From the human T2T-CHM13v2.0 reference genome, Homo sapiens: a DNA stretch of 64,000 bases. Below are positions 1 to 12,930 of this stretch, piece after piece (within the stretch, counting starts at the first letter, position 1; each line of letters begins with the position of its first letter). The position numbers were made by a program, and so were the translations under genes. The notes below the pieces were generated by a model, which was not told where the DNA came from, searched no databases, and saw only the letters and a list, made by a program, of their open reading frames with translations. Where the stretch lies: NCBI RefSeq assembly GCF_009914755.1, contig NC_060947.1; one strand, given 5' to 3'.

Positions 1-30
1 TTGCCAATTCCGGGTGAAAAATGTCAAGAC

Positions 31-120
31 TGTGTGTGTGTGAGTGTGTGTGTAGGAGTGTGCATTTGTGGAAGGGAATGTGTCGAGGGAGAAAAGGAAG
101 AAGGGAGAGAGAGGAAAAGG
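31..120 (+). repeat. (TG)n microsatellite followed by a purine-rich tract
   Basis: tgtgtgtgtg tgagtgtgtg tgt..., then gaaaaggaagaagggagagagagg. Confidence 0.8.
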
Positions 121-128
121 CAGTATCT

Positions 129-3100
129 GGGGGGCGGGGGAGGTGGCCAGGATGGCCGACTAGAAGTAGCTAGTGTGTGCAGCTCTCAGAGAATGGATGG
201 GATGAGTATATAACCTTCAACTGAAACATTCAGATACATGCATTGGAACTAACTGGAGAATCAAATCTCTGTTCTCGACTCATGGAGAACAGAGAAAAGC
301 AAGGCAGGATGACAGCCCACCCAGGCACAACATGGAGCCAGGGGAACCTCTCCAACCCAGGGATGTGGTGAGTGAATGAGTGACTCCAGGAAATCATGCT
401 TCTTCCATGGATCTTTGCAACCCTTGGATCAGGAGATCCCCTCATAAACCCACTCCAGCAGGGCAGTCAGGCAGACACACAGAGCTATGTGCAACCTTGG
501 CAGAGCAGCCACTCAGGCACATGCAAAGACCCAGGAGCCTTAGCTATCCAGGCTTTCCAGGCTTCCTGGCAAAGGTAGCTGCAACTCCAACAAAAAGGGA
601 GGTTAGATCCCTGTACATAACTCTAGGAAAGGGGCTGAATCCAGGGGCTGAGTGGCAACAGTTGGCAGGTCCCATTTCCACAGCACCTGATAAGACCCAC
701 TGGCTTGGAATTCCAGCCAGCCAGTGGTAGCAGCAGTGCACCTCCCTAAGACAGAGCTCCCAAGGGGAGTGGCAGGCTGTCATCTTTGCTATTTTGGTGA
801 CTTAGCCATTCCAGCCTTTGGGTTTTGGAGAGTCCAAGATGACCAGGGACAGAAATGGTCCCTCAGAACAGCATAGCTGCTCTACCAAAATGTGGCCAAA
901 CTGCTTTTCCAAGTGGGTCTCTGATCCCATTCTTCCTTACCGGGCAAGACCTCCCAAACAGGGTCTCCAGTCACCCTCACCAGTGCTCTCTAGCTGACAG
1001 ATTTCAAACATCCCGGCCTCAGAGATGCCAGAGGGTGGAGCAGGCCTCCCTGCTTTTTTAAGTGGGTCTCTGATCCCATTCTTCCTTACTGGGCAAGACT
1101 TCCCAAACAGGGTCTCCAGCCACCCCCACCAGTGCTCTCCAGCTGACAGAGATTTCAAACATCCCTGCGGCAGAGATCCCAGAGGGTGGAGCAGGCCACC
1201 ATCTTTGCTATTTGGGTGAATTAGCTGTTCTGGCCTTTGGGCTTTGGAATGTCCAAGGCGACCAGGGGCTGAAGTAGAACCACAGTACAGCACAGCTTCT
1301 CTATGAAAATGTGGCTAGACTGTTTTTTAAAGCTGGCCCCCATCTCATTCCTCCTCACTGTGTGGGACCTCCCAGATCGGGTCTCTAGCCACTTCCTACA
1401 AGTGCTTTCAGGCAGCAACATGTCCGTATCTCCCTGGGATGAAGCTCTCAGAGGGAGGGGTAGGCTGCCATCTTTGCTGTTTTGTAGCCTTCACAGTTGA
1501 TACCTCCAGGTACTGGAAAATCCGAGGTGACTAGGGACTGGAGTGAGCCTGCAGCGTACCACAGCACCCCTACGGAAAACTGGCCAGATTGTTACGTGAG
1601 TGCCCATTCCCATATCTCCTCACCATGCAGGTCCTCCAGGCCTTGGCCTCCAGCAACCCCCTGCCAGAGCTATTAAGCCAGGAGCAGCTCTGCAACTTCC
1701 TGGACACAGCCCCCAGGGGCAACTGAAAGCCTCTCTGCCACTGCCTCTACAGTGGAACTGCCCTTGCTACTCTCAGACTAATGAAGGAGCAAAGACCCTA
1801 AGTGCCTTAAACAAATCTCCAGCAAGATGCAGGCAACAGAGAGGAGGTCAGTCTGTCTCCCATAGGTCCCAGATACTCCCCACTGCTCATAATGAGACAG
1901 AAAAGCCTCAGCTTGGGCCCACAGCACAGACACTTCATCCTGGGCTGATTGTACAGATTGCTGACCTACATCTCTCTGGGGTGGAGCCTCCAGCAGATAA
2001 GCAAAAGACCCTTCGGCACAAGTTCCCTTCTTCTCTGCCTCCAGGTTGGGGTAGGAACGTGAACACTGAGATCATCCCAGAGTTGCAATGGGCAGCACAG
2101 GGGTGCCACGCTAAGATCTACAGCCAGCACTCAAAGGGGAGAGGAACCCACACTCTCAGAGCATTGAGAGGGAACACAGCTGTAACTGTGAGGAAACACA
2201 GGGAAGCCACCCAACTGAGCAAGAGTCTACCAACTGAGCAATATGTCTAAGTGTCCAAAGCTTCAGCCCTCAAAATACCTTGCTAACATACCCCCTCTGA
2301 AACCAAAGACAAGAAGTCAGCTTCAAATAAAGACCATTCACAAAGGCTTGGCCTGGTGAAAACATCCAGAAAACAAGTCTATTGACTGCATTCAATCTAT
2401 ACTACAGTAAAAGGAACACCCACATGCAGAGATCAGAGAGAATCAACCCAAGAACTCCGGTAACTCAGATGGCTAGAGTGTCGTATGTCTTCCAAACAGC
2501 TGCATGAGCTCTCCAACAAGAGTTCTTAATCAGGCTAAATTGGCTGAAATGATAGAAATGGAATTCAGAATATGGATAGAAATGAAGATCACTGAGATTC
2601 AGGAGAATGGCAAAACCCAAACCAAGGAAACTAAGAATCAGAATAAAATAATAAAAGAGCTGAAGTACACAATAGCAGGTATAAAAAAGATCCCGATGGA
2701 TCTGACAGAGCTGAATCACACAAAACAAGAATTTCACAATGCAATTACAAGATTTAACAGCAGAATAAACCATGCTGAGAAAAGGATCTCAGAACTTGGA
2801 AGACTGGCTCTCTGAAATAAGACAGTAAGAAAAAATTTAAAAAAGAAAAGAAGAAAACCTCTGAGAAGTAGGGGATTATGTGAAGAGGCCAAATGTATGA
2901 ATCATTGACATCCCTGAAAGGGTGAGCAAACAACTTGGAAAATATATTTCAGGATATTTTCCATGAAAATTTTTCCAACCTTCTTAGAGAGGCTAAGAGT
3001 CAAACTCAGGAAATATAGAGAACCCCTGCAAGATTCTACACGATAAAATCAACCCCGAGACAGATAATCATCAGATTTTCCACGGTTGAAATGAAAGAAT

Positions 3101-4299
3101 ATTAAAGGAGCTGGAGAGAAAGGGCAGGTCACTTACAAAGGGAACCCCATCAGCCAAAAAACAGATGTCTCAGCTGAAACCCTAAAAGCCAGAAAAGATT
3201 GGGGGCCTATATTCAACATTCTTAAAGAAAAAATATCTTCTACCAAGAATTTCACATCCAGACAATCTAAGCTTCCTAAGCAAAAAAGAAATAATATACT
3301 TTTCAGATAAGGTAATGATGAGGGAATTCATTACCACCAAACCTGCTTTACAAAGAGACTTTAAAAGAAGCACTAAATATAGGAAAAAAAAGATTGCTAC
3401 CAACTAATACAAAAACACTCTTAAATACACAGACCAGTTACACTATAAAGCAACCACACCAACAAGCCAGAATAATAACCAGCTAACAACACAATTACGG
3501 GATCAAATCCACACATATTGACACGAATTTTGAATGTAAATGGGATAAATGATCCATTAAAAAGCACAGAGTGGCACTATCTCATTCCAGTCAGAATGGT
3601 CATTATTAAAAAGTCAGAAAATAACAGATGGTGGTGAGGTTGCAGAGAAAAGGGAGCAGTTATACACTGTTGGTGGGAGTCTAAATTACCTCGGCCATTA
3701 TGAAAAACAGTATGGTGATTCCTCAAAGGGCTAAAAGCAGAACTACCATTCAACCAAGCAATCCCATTACTGGGTATATAGCCAGAGGAATATAAATCAT
3801 TCTACCATAAAGACACATGCATGCGAATGTTCATTGCAGCACTATTCACAATAGCAAAGACATGAAATCAACCTAGATGCCATCAATGATAGACTGAATA
3901 AAGAAAATCTGGTACATATACACCATGGAATATTATGCAGCCATGAAAGGAAGTAGATCATGTCTTTTGTGGGAACATAAACGGAGCTGGAGGCTATTAT
4001 CTTTAGTAAAATCGGGCAGGAACAGAAAACCAAATATCACAAATTTTTCATGTATAAGTGGAAGCTAAATGATGAGGACTCATGAACACAAAGAAGGGAA
4101 CAACAGACACTGGGTTCTAGTTGAGGGTGGAGGGTGGGAGGAGGGAGTAGAGCATAAAAGAAAACTATTGGGTACTGAGTTTCATACCTGGGTGATGAAA
4201 TATCTGTACAACAAACCCCCATGACACAAGTTTACCTATATAACAAACCTTCACATGTACCATTGAACCTAAACTAAAAGTCAAAAAAAAAAAAAAAAG
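129..4299 (+). mobile_element. LINE-1, L1PA13-16-like: 5'UTR, degenerate ORF1, ORF2 mostly deleted, 3'UTR and poly(A)
   Basis: Starts ggtggccaggatggccgactagaagtagctagtgtg (old L1PA 5' end). ORF1-like peptide at 2504-2815 (EFRIWIEMKITEIQE). ORF2 start jumps to the 3' region at ~3576. Ends cacatgtaccattgaacctaaactaaaag plus poly(A). Confidence 0.9.
901..1200 (+). repeat. ~150-bp tandem duplication inside the L1 5'UTR
   Basis: aagtgggtctctgatcccattcttccttac...gagggtggagcaggcc occurs at ~901-1049 and again at ~1050-1200. Confidence 0.9.
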
Positions 4300-4699
4300 A
4301 AAACATTTGTGTCAGTGCCAGAAATAAAGACACTGAAAATGTGCACAAAAGAAAAAGACAGTAAAAAATTAGAAATAATTTTAAACTGGCTTTCTAGTAT
4401 TACCATATTATTCAACACTGCAACCATCTCTAACACTTCCAAATCTTTTTTCCACACCATCCTCTTTTCTACAGCATATGTACCTGTTTTAGTTGAGTCT
4501 TCCACCATTATATAGCCTTGAATGTTAAAAAAAAAAATCAAATACTAAATGTCCCTGCTTTGGCTTTTCTACTTATCACATGAATCTATAACATACCCAT
4601 GAGGTTGACTTTTCAAAATACAAATGTGTTTATATTGCTTCACTTTTAAAATGATCCACTCTATCCCCAATAACTTAAACATAAAAATTAAAAGTCAAT

Positions 4700-5640
4700 A
4701 TTCCCTCAAATGAAGACATACAAATGGCCAACAAGTATATGGAAAAATATTTAACATTGCTAGTCATCACAGAAATGCAAATCAAAACCACAATGAAATA
4801 TTTTCTCACCCCAGTTAGGATAGCTAGTATCAAAAAGACCAAAAACAACAAATGCTGACAAGGATGCAGAGAAAACGGAGCTCTTATGTAGTGTTGTTGG
4901 GAATGCAAAGTAGTATAGCCTCTAAGGAAAACAGTACAGAGGTTCCTCAGAAAACTAAAATAGAACTACCATATGATCCAGCAATCCCACTACTAGGCAT
5001 GTATCCAAAGGAGAGGAAATCAGTACATAAAAGTGATATCTGCACCTCCATGTTTATTGCAGCACTAATCGCAATAGACAAGATATGAAATAAACCCAGC
5101 TGTCCAAAAACAGATAGGTGGATAAAAAAAAATATGGTATATATACTCAATGGAGAACTATTTATGCATAAAAGGAATGACATCCTGTCATTTGCAGCAA
5201 CGTGAATGGAACTGACCTACATCAAGTGAATAAGCCAGGAACAGAAAGTAAAACACTGCATGTTTTCACTCATACACAGAAGTTTTTAAAAAAAGTTTAT
5301 CTTATATAAGTAAAAGTGGAATAGAGGTTACTAGAAGCTTGGAAGGGAAGGGAGAAGAGAGGAATAGAGAGAGCACTGGTAAAGGAAATAAAATTTCTGC
5401 TAGAAAAAAGCAGTAAGTTCTAGAGTTTCATAGCACCATAGGATAACTATAGTAAATATTAATGTGTATTTTCAAATAGCTAAGAGAGAGGACAGTAAAC
5501 ATTCCCAACACAAAAAAAAATAAATGTTTGGAATAATCATGAATATGCAAATTATCCTGATCTGATCACTATACATTGTATGTGTTAAAATGTCACTATG
5601 TATCCCCAAAATATGTACAATCATTATGTGCCCATTTAAA
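4700..5640 (+). mobile_element. 5'-truncated L1MA (L1MA4/5-like) 3' end
   Basis: gaagacatacaaatggccaac...gaaatgcaaatcaaaaccacaatg, [12 protein letters not shown] peptide, L1MA-type 3'UTR. Confidence 0.85.
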
Positions 5641-5989
5641 TCATCAATATCAATTCACGTTTTGACCCTTACATGGGCCTCAATTAATAGACTGCATGTG
5701 AGATGATTGAGGGTAGAGAACATAAATATCTGTGAGTGTGATAAAATACTTGTTTTACTTGGGGACAGATGTGAAAGTAGAATAATAAAATTGTTAGGAA
5801 AATATAAATATGTGTGTAGATAATTTCTTTATAATTCAGATGTAAGTATTTGAACAATACACTAGGTTATTATGCTTCTACTGGTATGAGATATTTAGTC
5901 TGTACAATGTACAGCAGGATATAAGCAAAAATTAAACAAGAAATATGGCATTTCAAAAAGTAAGAGGAATGGCAGAGACACATTGGAAA

Positions 5990-7557
5990 GATAAATCTTC
6001 AGTCCAATATCTGATGAACATAGACACAAAAATCCCTAACAAAATACGGGCAAACCAAATCCAGAAGCACAACAAAAAATTAATTCACCACAGTCAAGAA
6101 GGCTTCACTCTTGGAATGCAAGATTGGACCAACACACACAAATCAATAAATGTGGTTCACCATAAAAACAGAAGTAAAATCCAAAACAATATGATTATCT
6201 CAATAGATATAGAAAATACCTTCGATAAAATTTGGTATCACTTTATGTCATCAAAGGAACATATCTCAAAATAATAAGATCCACCTATGGCAAACCCACA
6301 GCCATTATACTAAATCGGCAAATGCTGGAGGAATACCCCTTGAGAACCAGAACAAGACAAGGATGCCCACTCTCACCACTCCTATTCAATACAGTGTTGG
6401 AAGTCTTAGCCAGAACAATCAGGCAAGAGAAAAAAAGCGAATCCAAATAGAAAGAGAGGAATTAGAATTATCTCTCTTCACAGATGATATGATTCTAAAC
6501 CTGGAAAACCCTGAATATTCCACGAAAACTACTAGAACTGATAACTTCTGTAAAGTTTCAGGATGCAGAATCAATGAACAGAAATCAGTAGCATTTCTGT
6601 ACACCAATAATGTATAAGCTGGGGGCCAAATCAAGAGAGCAATCCTATTTACAATAGCCACAAAAAGAATAAAATACCTAGGAATACAGCTCATCAAGAA
6701 AGTGAAAGATATCTGCAAGGAGAATTACAAAATACTGTTAAAGGAAATCAGAGTTGATACATACAAATGGAAAAACATTCCACACAAGGATAACAATAAT
6801 CAATATGGTTAAAATGGCCATACTTCCCAAAGCAATTCACAGAATCAATGCTCTATCAAACTACTAATGTCATTTCCACAGAATTATGAAACACTATTCT
6901 AAAGTTCATGTAGAATCAAAAAAAGAGCCCAAATAACCACAGCAATCCCAAGCAAAAAGAACAAAGTTGGAGACATCATGTTACCCAACTTCATACCCTA
7001 CTACAAGGCTACAGTAAACAAAACAGCATAATACATGTACAAAACCAGAAGCATAGACCAATGGAACAGTTTAGGGAACCCAAAAATAAAGCCGCATACC
7101 TACAACCATTTGATCTTTGACAAAGTCAACAATAATAAGCAATAGAGAAAGGACTTCCTGTTCAACAAATGATGCTGGGGTAACTCGCTAGCCATATGCA
7201 GAAGATCGTATCTGGACCCCCTTCCTTGCATCATATACAAAAATTGACTCAAGATGCGTTAAAGACTTCAATGTAAGAACTAAAAGTATAATAATCCTAA
7301 AAGAAAACCAAGGAAACACCATTTTGGACATCAGCCTTAGGAAAGAATTTATGACCAAGTCTTCAAAAGCAACTGCAACAAAAGCAGAAATTTACAAGGG
7401 AGATCTAATTAAACTAAAGAGCTTCTGCACAGCAAAACAATCAACAGAATAAACAGACAACGTAGAAAATTAGACAAAATAGTCACAAACCGTGTATCTG
7501 ACAAAAGTATGACATCCAAAATCTACAAAGACCTCAACAATTCAACTTGCAAAAAAA
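5990..7557 (+). mobile_element. L1PA16-like ORF2 fragment (RT region), interrupted at 7558
   Basis: Frameshifted RT motifs [12 protein letters not shown] and LFTDDMIL. Confidence 0.88.
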
Positions 7558-9323
7558 GGGCAGAGCGTCATGGCAGAATGGAAGGCTCCATGCTGATCTC
7601 CCCAAAAAGGATGCCAATTTAACAACTATCTACATAAAAGAAAAGCACCTTCATAAGAACCAAAAATCAGGTGAGCACGTACAGTACCTGATTATAACTT
7701 CACATCTCTGAGAAAGGCACTGAAGGGTAGAAAAAGCAGTCTTGAATTGTTGACACCACCCTTTTTCCCCTTCCCCCGGCATTGGCAGCATGGTGCACAC
7801 GGCATTTTTGTGTGATGGATAGAGGGAGAGTGCAGCAATTCTGGGGCATTGAACTCAGTGTTGCCCTGTTATGGCAGAAAGAAAAACTGGTCTACACTCA
7901 GCTGACACCCACCCACAGAGGGAGTATTTAAAACAGCCATAGCCAGAGGTGAAGTGCTGATCCCAGCAGTCAGAACTTGAGTTCTCACAAGCCTCACCAC
8001 TGTGTGATAATGAACTCTGGGGTCCTAAATAAACTTGAAAGGCAGCCCAGGGCACAAGGACTGCAACTCCTAGGTGAGTCCTAGTGGTGAACTTGACCCA
8101 GAGCCTGTGGACTTGGGTAGGGGAGTGGCACACAACTTACTAAGACACCAGCTGGTGTGGCTAGAGAGTGCTGGCGTGATAGCCCACGGCTTCAAAGGAG
8201 ACCTCTTCTTTCTGCTTGAGGAGAAGAGACGGAAGAGTGGGGATGACCTTGTCTTGCATCATGGATACCAGCTCAGCCACAGGAGGATAGGGCACCAGTC
8301 AGAGTTGTAAAGCCTCTATTTCAGGACCTAGCTCCCAGATGACATTTCTGGACACACCCTGGGCCAGAAGGAATTCTGCTGCCTTGAGGATCCAGTCCTG
8401 GCAGAATTTGTCACCTGTTAACTGAATAGCCCTTGGGTCCAGAATAACCTGCTGTGATACCCATGCACTATGTTAAGGGCCTTGTGTGAGACTCAGATTT
8501 GCTGGCTTCAGGTGAGACTCAGCACATTCTAAGCTGTGGTGGATACAGAGAGTGACACCTTCTGCTTGAGAAAAGCAGAGGAAAAAGTAAAGACCTTTTC
8601 TTGTACCTTACGTACCAGGTTGGCCACAGGGGTATAGAGAACCAAGCAGGCTCTTGGATTCCCCAATTCTAGAACTTGGCTCTTGGACGGCATTTCTGGA
8701 CCTGCCCTGAGACAGAGGGGAGGTCATTGCCCTGAAAGGTGTGTCCCAGGCCAGGCAATATTCACCACAAACTGACTGCAGAGCCTGAAGAAAACATTGG
8801 CAGTAGTCTGGCAGTACTCCCTGTGGGCCTCTAGTGGCAGTGTCCATGGTGTGAGGCTCCTCTGCCTTTGGAAAGGAGAGGAAAGAGTGAAAAGGACCGC
8901 ATCTTGTGGTTTGAATGCCAGTTCAGCCACAGTACAATAGAACACCGGATAGAGTTAGTAGGTTTTCGACTCTAGCCCTTGGCTCCTGGACAGCACCTCT
9001 GGATCCACCTGGGGCCTGATGGAACTCACTGCTCTTATGGGAATGACATAGGCCTGGCTGTCTTTGCCATCTGCTGATTGTAGAGCCCAAGGGCCTTGAG
9101 AGAACATAGGTGGTAGCCAGGGAGTGGTTGCAGAAGGCCTTGGGTGAGACCCAGGGCTGTGCTGGCCTCCAGTCTGACCCAGAGCAGTCCTTGTGGTGGT
9201 GGCTAGAGGGGTACTTGTGTCACTCTACCCCTCCTGCTCCAGATAGCTCAGAATGGAGAGACACTGTTTGTTTGGAAGGAAGTAAGGGAAGTGAACAAGA
9301 GTTTCCGCCTGGTAATCCAGAGA
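7558..9323 (+). mobile_element. L1M1 (L1MA1-3 lineage) 5'UTR only
   Basis: gggcagagcgtcatggcagaatggaaggctcc...aaagcaccttcataagaaccaaaaatcaggtgagc matches the L1M1 5' end; sequence stops abruptly at ctggtaatccagagaa. Confidence 0.8.
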
Positions 9324-9820
9324 AGGCAGCCACTTCCCAGAGCTCCACTAGGGAGTTCCCCAGTGGGGACTCTAAGTGTGGGCATCGACTCCACATTTCC
9401 CCTTGCACTGCCCTACTATAGTCTCTCTGTGGGAGCTCTGCCACTATGGCAGGCTTCTGCCTGGGCACCCAGGCTTCCTGATACAGCCTGTAAAATCTGG
9501 GAGGAAGTTGCCAAGTGTCCTTCACTCTGGCAATCTGTGTGCCTGCAGACTTCACACCACATGGAAACTGCCAAGGTTTACAGCTTGTGCCCTACAAAGT
9601 GGTAGCCTGAGCTGTACCTGGGGCCCTTTGAGCCACGGTTGGAGCTAGAGTGGGCTGAATGTGGGAAACAGTTTCCTGAGGCTCCACAAGGAAGCAAACC
9701 TGCTCTGCCCCCTACCTTTTCTCCATTGTTTTAGATATTAGCACTTGGCTCCCTTTTAGTCACACAAATCTCACTAGCAAGTGGTTGCTCTGCATCCTGC
9801 TTGCATTCTTCTGAAAACGC

Positions 9821-9857
<37 letters not shown>

Positions 9858-10341
9858 TAACCAGGCTGTGAATTTTCTGCTTCTCTTTTAATTGTAAGTT
9901 CCAAATTTAAGTCATTTCTTTGTTCCCGTATCTGATAGGGTTTTAGAAGCAGCTATTCCACATCTTAAGTGCTTTGCTGCTTAGAAGTTACTTTGACTAG
10001 ATACTCTAGTTCATCATTCTTAAGTTCAACTTTCCATAGATCCCTAGGACATGGACACAATGCAGCCAAGTTATTTGCTAGGGTGTAACACAGGTAAAAT
10101 TTACTCCAGTTTCCAATAATTTCCCTATTTCCATCTGAGGAAATGGAAGCCTGGCCTTCTATCAACATTTTGGTGAGAACTACTTAACAAGTCTGTAAGA
10201 AGTTTCAAACTTGCCTCATCTTCCTGCATTCTTCTGAGCCCTCCAAATTCTTCCAACCTCTGTTTATTACCCACTTAAAAAGACACTTCCACATTTTCAG
10301 TTATCTTTATAGCAATGCCCTACTGATTGGTACAAATTTTC
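9324..10341 (-). mobile_element. MaLR internal sequence (MST-int), truncated
   Basis: cagagctccactagggagttccccagtggggactct is the reverse-complement homolog of the THE1-int at ~57850-57900; abuts an LTR. Confidence 0.85.
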
Positions 10342-10753
10342 TGTGTTAATCCATTAGCATTACTGTAAAGGAATACAGGAGATTCATTAATTTATAAAGA
10401 AAAGAGGTTTATTTGGCTCACGGTTCTGTAGGCTGTACATTAAGCAAAGTGCTGCATGTGCTTCTGGTGTGGTCCTTGTGAAGCTTACAATCATGGTGGA
10501 AAGAAAAGGGAAGCAGGTGTGCCACATGGTGTGAGAGGGAGCAAGACAGAGATGGGAATGTTCCAGGCTCTTTTAAGCAACCAGATCTCAACTATCAGAA
10601 CAAGAACTCACTCATTACCGTGGAAAGGGCAAGAAACCATTAATGAGGCATCTGCCCTCATGACCCAACCACCTCCCACCAGACCCACTTCCAATATTGG
10701 AGTTCACATTTCAACATGAGATTTGGAGGGGACAAAATACCCAAACCATATCA
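10342..10753 (-). mobile_element. MSTA/MSTB LTR (5' LTR of the truncated provirus)
   Basis: tttataaagaaaagaggtttatttggctcacggttctg...gagatttggaggggacaaaatacccaaaccatatca; TG..CA termini. Confidence 0.88.
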
Positions 10754-11361
10754 GCAAATTAGTTGAGTCACTGTGGAAAGCAGTTTGGACATTTCTCAAA
10801 GAACTTAAAACAGAATTATCATTCACCCAGCAATCCCATTACTGGGTATATACCCAGAGGAATATAAATCATTCTATCATAAAGACACATGCACATGTAT
10901 GTTCATGATAGCACTGTTCACAACAGTAGCAACATGGATCAACCTACATGCCCATCAATGGTACACTGGATAAAGAAAATGTGGTACATATACATCATAG
11001 AGTACTATGCAGCCATTATAAAGAATTAAATGATGACCTTTGCAGCAACATAGATACAGCTGGAGATTGTTATTCTAAGTGAATTAATGTAGGAACAGAA
11101 AACTAAATACTGAATGTTTTTACTTACAAGTGGGGGATAAACATTAAATACACATGGACAGAAAAATGAGAACAATACACACTGGGACTGTTCCAGCAGA
11201 AAGATTAGAGGCGGGCATGGGTTGGAAGGCTAGCTTACAGGTACTATGCTCACTACCTGGATGATAGTATCATTCATACACCAAGCCTCAGTTACATGCA
11301 ATTCACCCAAGTAACAAACCTGTACATGTACCCCTGGAACCTAAGATAAAAGAAAAAAAAA
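10754..11361 (+). mobile_element. L1PA16-like 3' end (probable continuation of 5990-7557)
   Basis: cagcaatcccattactgggtatatacccagagg...ggtactatgctcactacctgg...catgtacccctggaacctaagataaaag. Confidence 0.85.
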
Positions 11362-11457
11362 TGGTAAACAAAAAATCATAATAATTTTGTTTCAAAAACA
11401 CAAATACACAGATTAATATCTAAATACTAAATAAAATATTACAGGCTTGCTTTCACA

Positions 11458-11845
11458 GAAGAAAAATTGGTACATATACATCGTGGAATACAATGCAGCT
11501 ATAGAGAATGAAATCATGTTCTTTGCAGCATCATGGATGCAGCTGAAGGCCATCATCCTATGTGAATTAATGAGGAACAGAAAACCAAATACTGCCTGTT
11601 CTCACTTATAAGTGGAAAGTTAATGCTGAGTACACACAGACACAAAGATGTGAACAACAAACATTGGAGACTACTAGAGATGGGAGGATGGGATGGGGGC
11701 AAGGATTGAAAGCCTATCAGGTACTATACCTGGTACCTGGGTGATGGGATCATTCATCCCCAAACCTCAGCATCACACAATATAGCCATGTAATATACCT
11801 GTACATGTACCCTCGAATCTAAAATAAAATTTTAAAAAAATAACA
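11458..11845 (+). mobile_element. L1PA16/17- or L1PB4-like 3' end fragment
   Basis: ccccaaacctcagcatcacacaatatagccatgtaa...gaatctaaaataaaa. Confidence 0.8.
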
Positions 11846-11849
11846 AATA

Positions 11850-12065
11850 ATGAGGGTACAAGGACACATAGATGAAAACAATAGACATTTGAGACTACTT
11901 GGGGGGAGAATTAGAGGGGGGAAAGGGTTTAAGTACGATCAGGTAGTATGCTCAATACCTGAGTGACAGGATCATTCATGTATCAAACTCCAGAGACATG
12001 AAATTTACCCATGTAAGAAACCTGCACATGTACCCCCTTAACCTAAAACAAATTTTTTAAAAAAG
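11850..12065 (+). mobile_element. Third L1PA16-like 3' end fragment
   Basis: aatttacccatgtaagaaacctgcacatgtacccccttaacctaaaac. Confidence 0.8.
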
Positions 12066-12359
12066 GGAATGAAGTTGTAATTTAACACAAGGAAAACTGA
12101 CGATTCATTTCATTTGGCTAGTATACAACCTTGACTTCAAGGTACTTTTAAGGATAGTAAAATAAAATTGTAGGCTTACTTTACCTATTAACATAGAAAT
12201 AAGTTATACAAATCTGATGATTACATTTAAGAGACATATTTTCAAGTAGAGTGATTTGCTTTTATCAGGAGTACATCAGAAAAGGAGAAATATCAAAGCT
12301 GTCTTAATATAATTATTACAGTAATTTGAATCAAGGAGAATACGAATTTCAGAAATAAT

Positions 12360-12930
12360 TATGTACCAAAAACCTACAGCAAGCATTTAATGGACAAACT
12401 TGAGATATATTCTTTTTAAATCAGAAACAAGGCAAGCATGATTTATATCATCGTTATCGTTTAACAAAGTATTTGTATACCTGACCATTACTATAGGACA
12501 ACAAAAAGGGGAAACATGAAACCTAAGAATTAGACGGTAGAAATCTGAGTTTGGTACATGTTATGATGATCTACATTAAAAAAAGAAAGAAAGAACAGAC
12601 AAGGCATTAGAACTAATAAGAGAGCACAGTGAAGCTACTAAATATTTAATCTAACCAAACCAATTAATAATTTTATTCCATGCTAGTAAAACCAAACGTA
12701 AAACATAAGAGCAAATTGAGTGCTATTTACAAAAGCAACAGAATTTGTGCAGAGCCCATTATTTAACTTAAAGAATGCACACTAAGATACAGGTAAGGGA
12801 ATAGGTAAAAGGCTAACGAAACAAGTAAGCTCAGAGGGGAATCTGGGCAAAATATATAAAGGACCCTCTGTGGTATTTTGCAACATCTCATGAATATGTA
12901 AATATTTTAAATATAAATTTTTTAAAAAGC
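12360..12930 (+). mobile_element. Ancient L1ME-type fragments (ORF2 RT and 3' end)
   Basis: aaaacctacagcaagcatttaatgg...aaatcagaaacaaggcaagcatg and tattttgcaacatctcatgaatatgtaaatattt; highly diverged. Confidence 0.55.

Noticed and set aside
1-213. 70-aa ORF with Cys/Val and Gly runs
   Set aside because: Translation of a TG microsatellite, a purine tract and the L1 start
1600-2250. 216-aa ORF
   Set aside because: Lies in a GC-rich L1 5'UTR, starts at GTG and has no recognisable domain; likely a chance open frame
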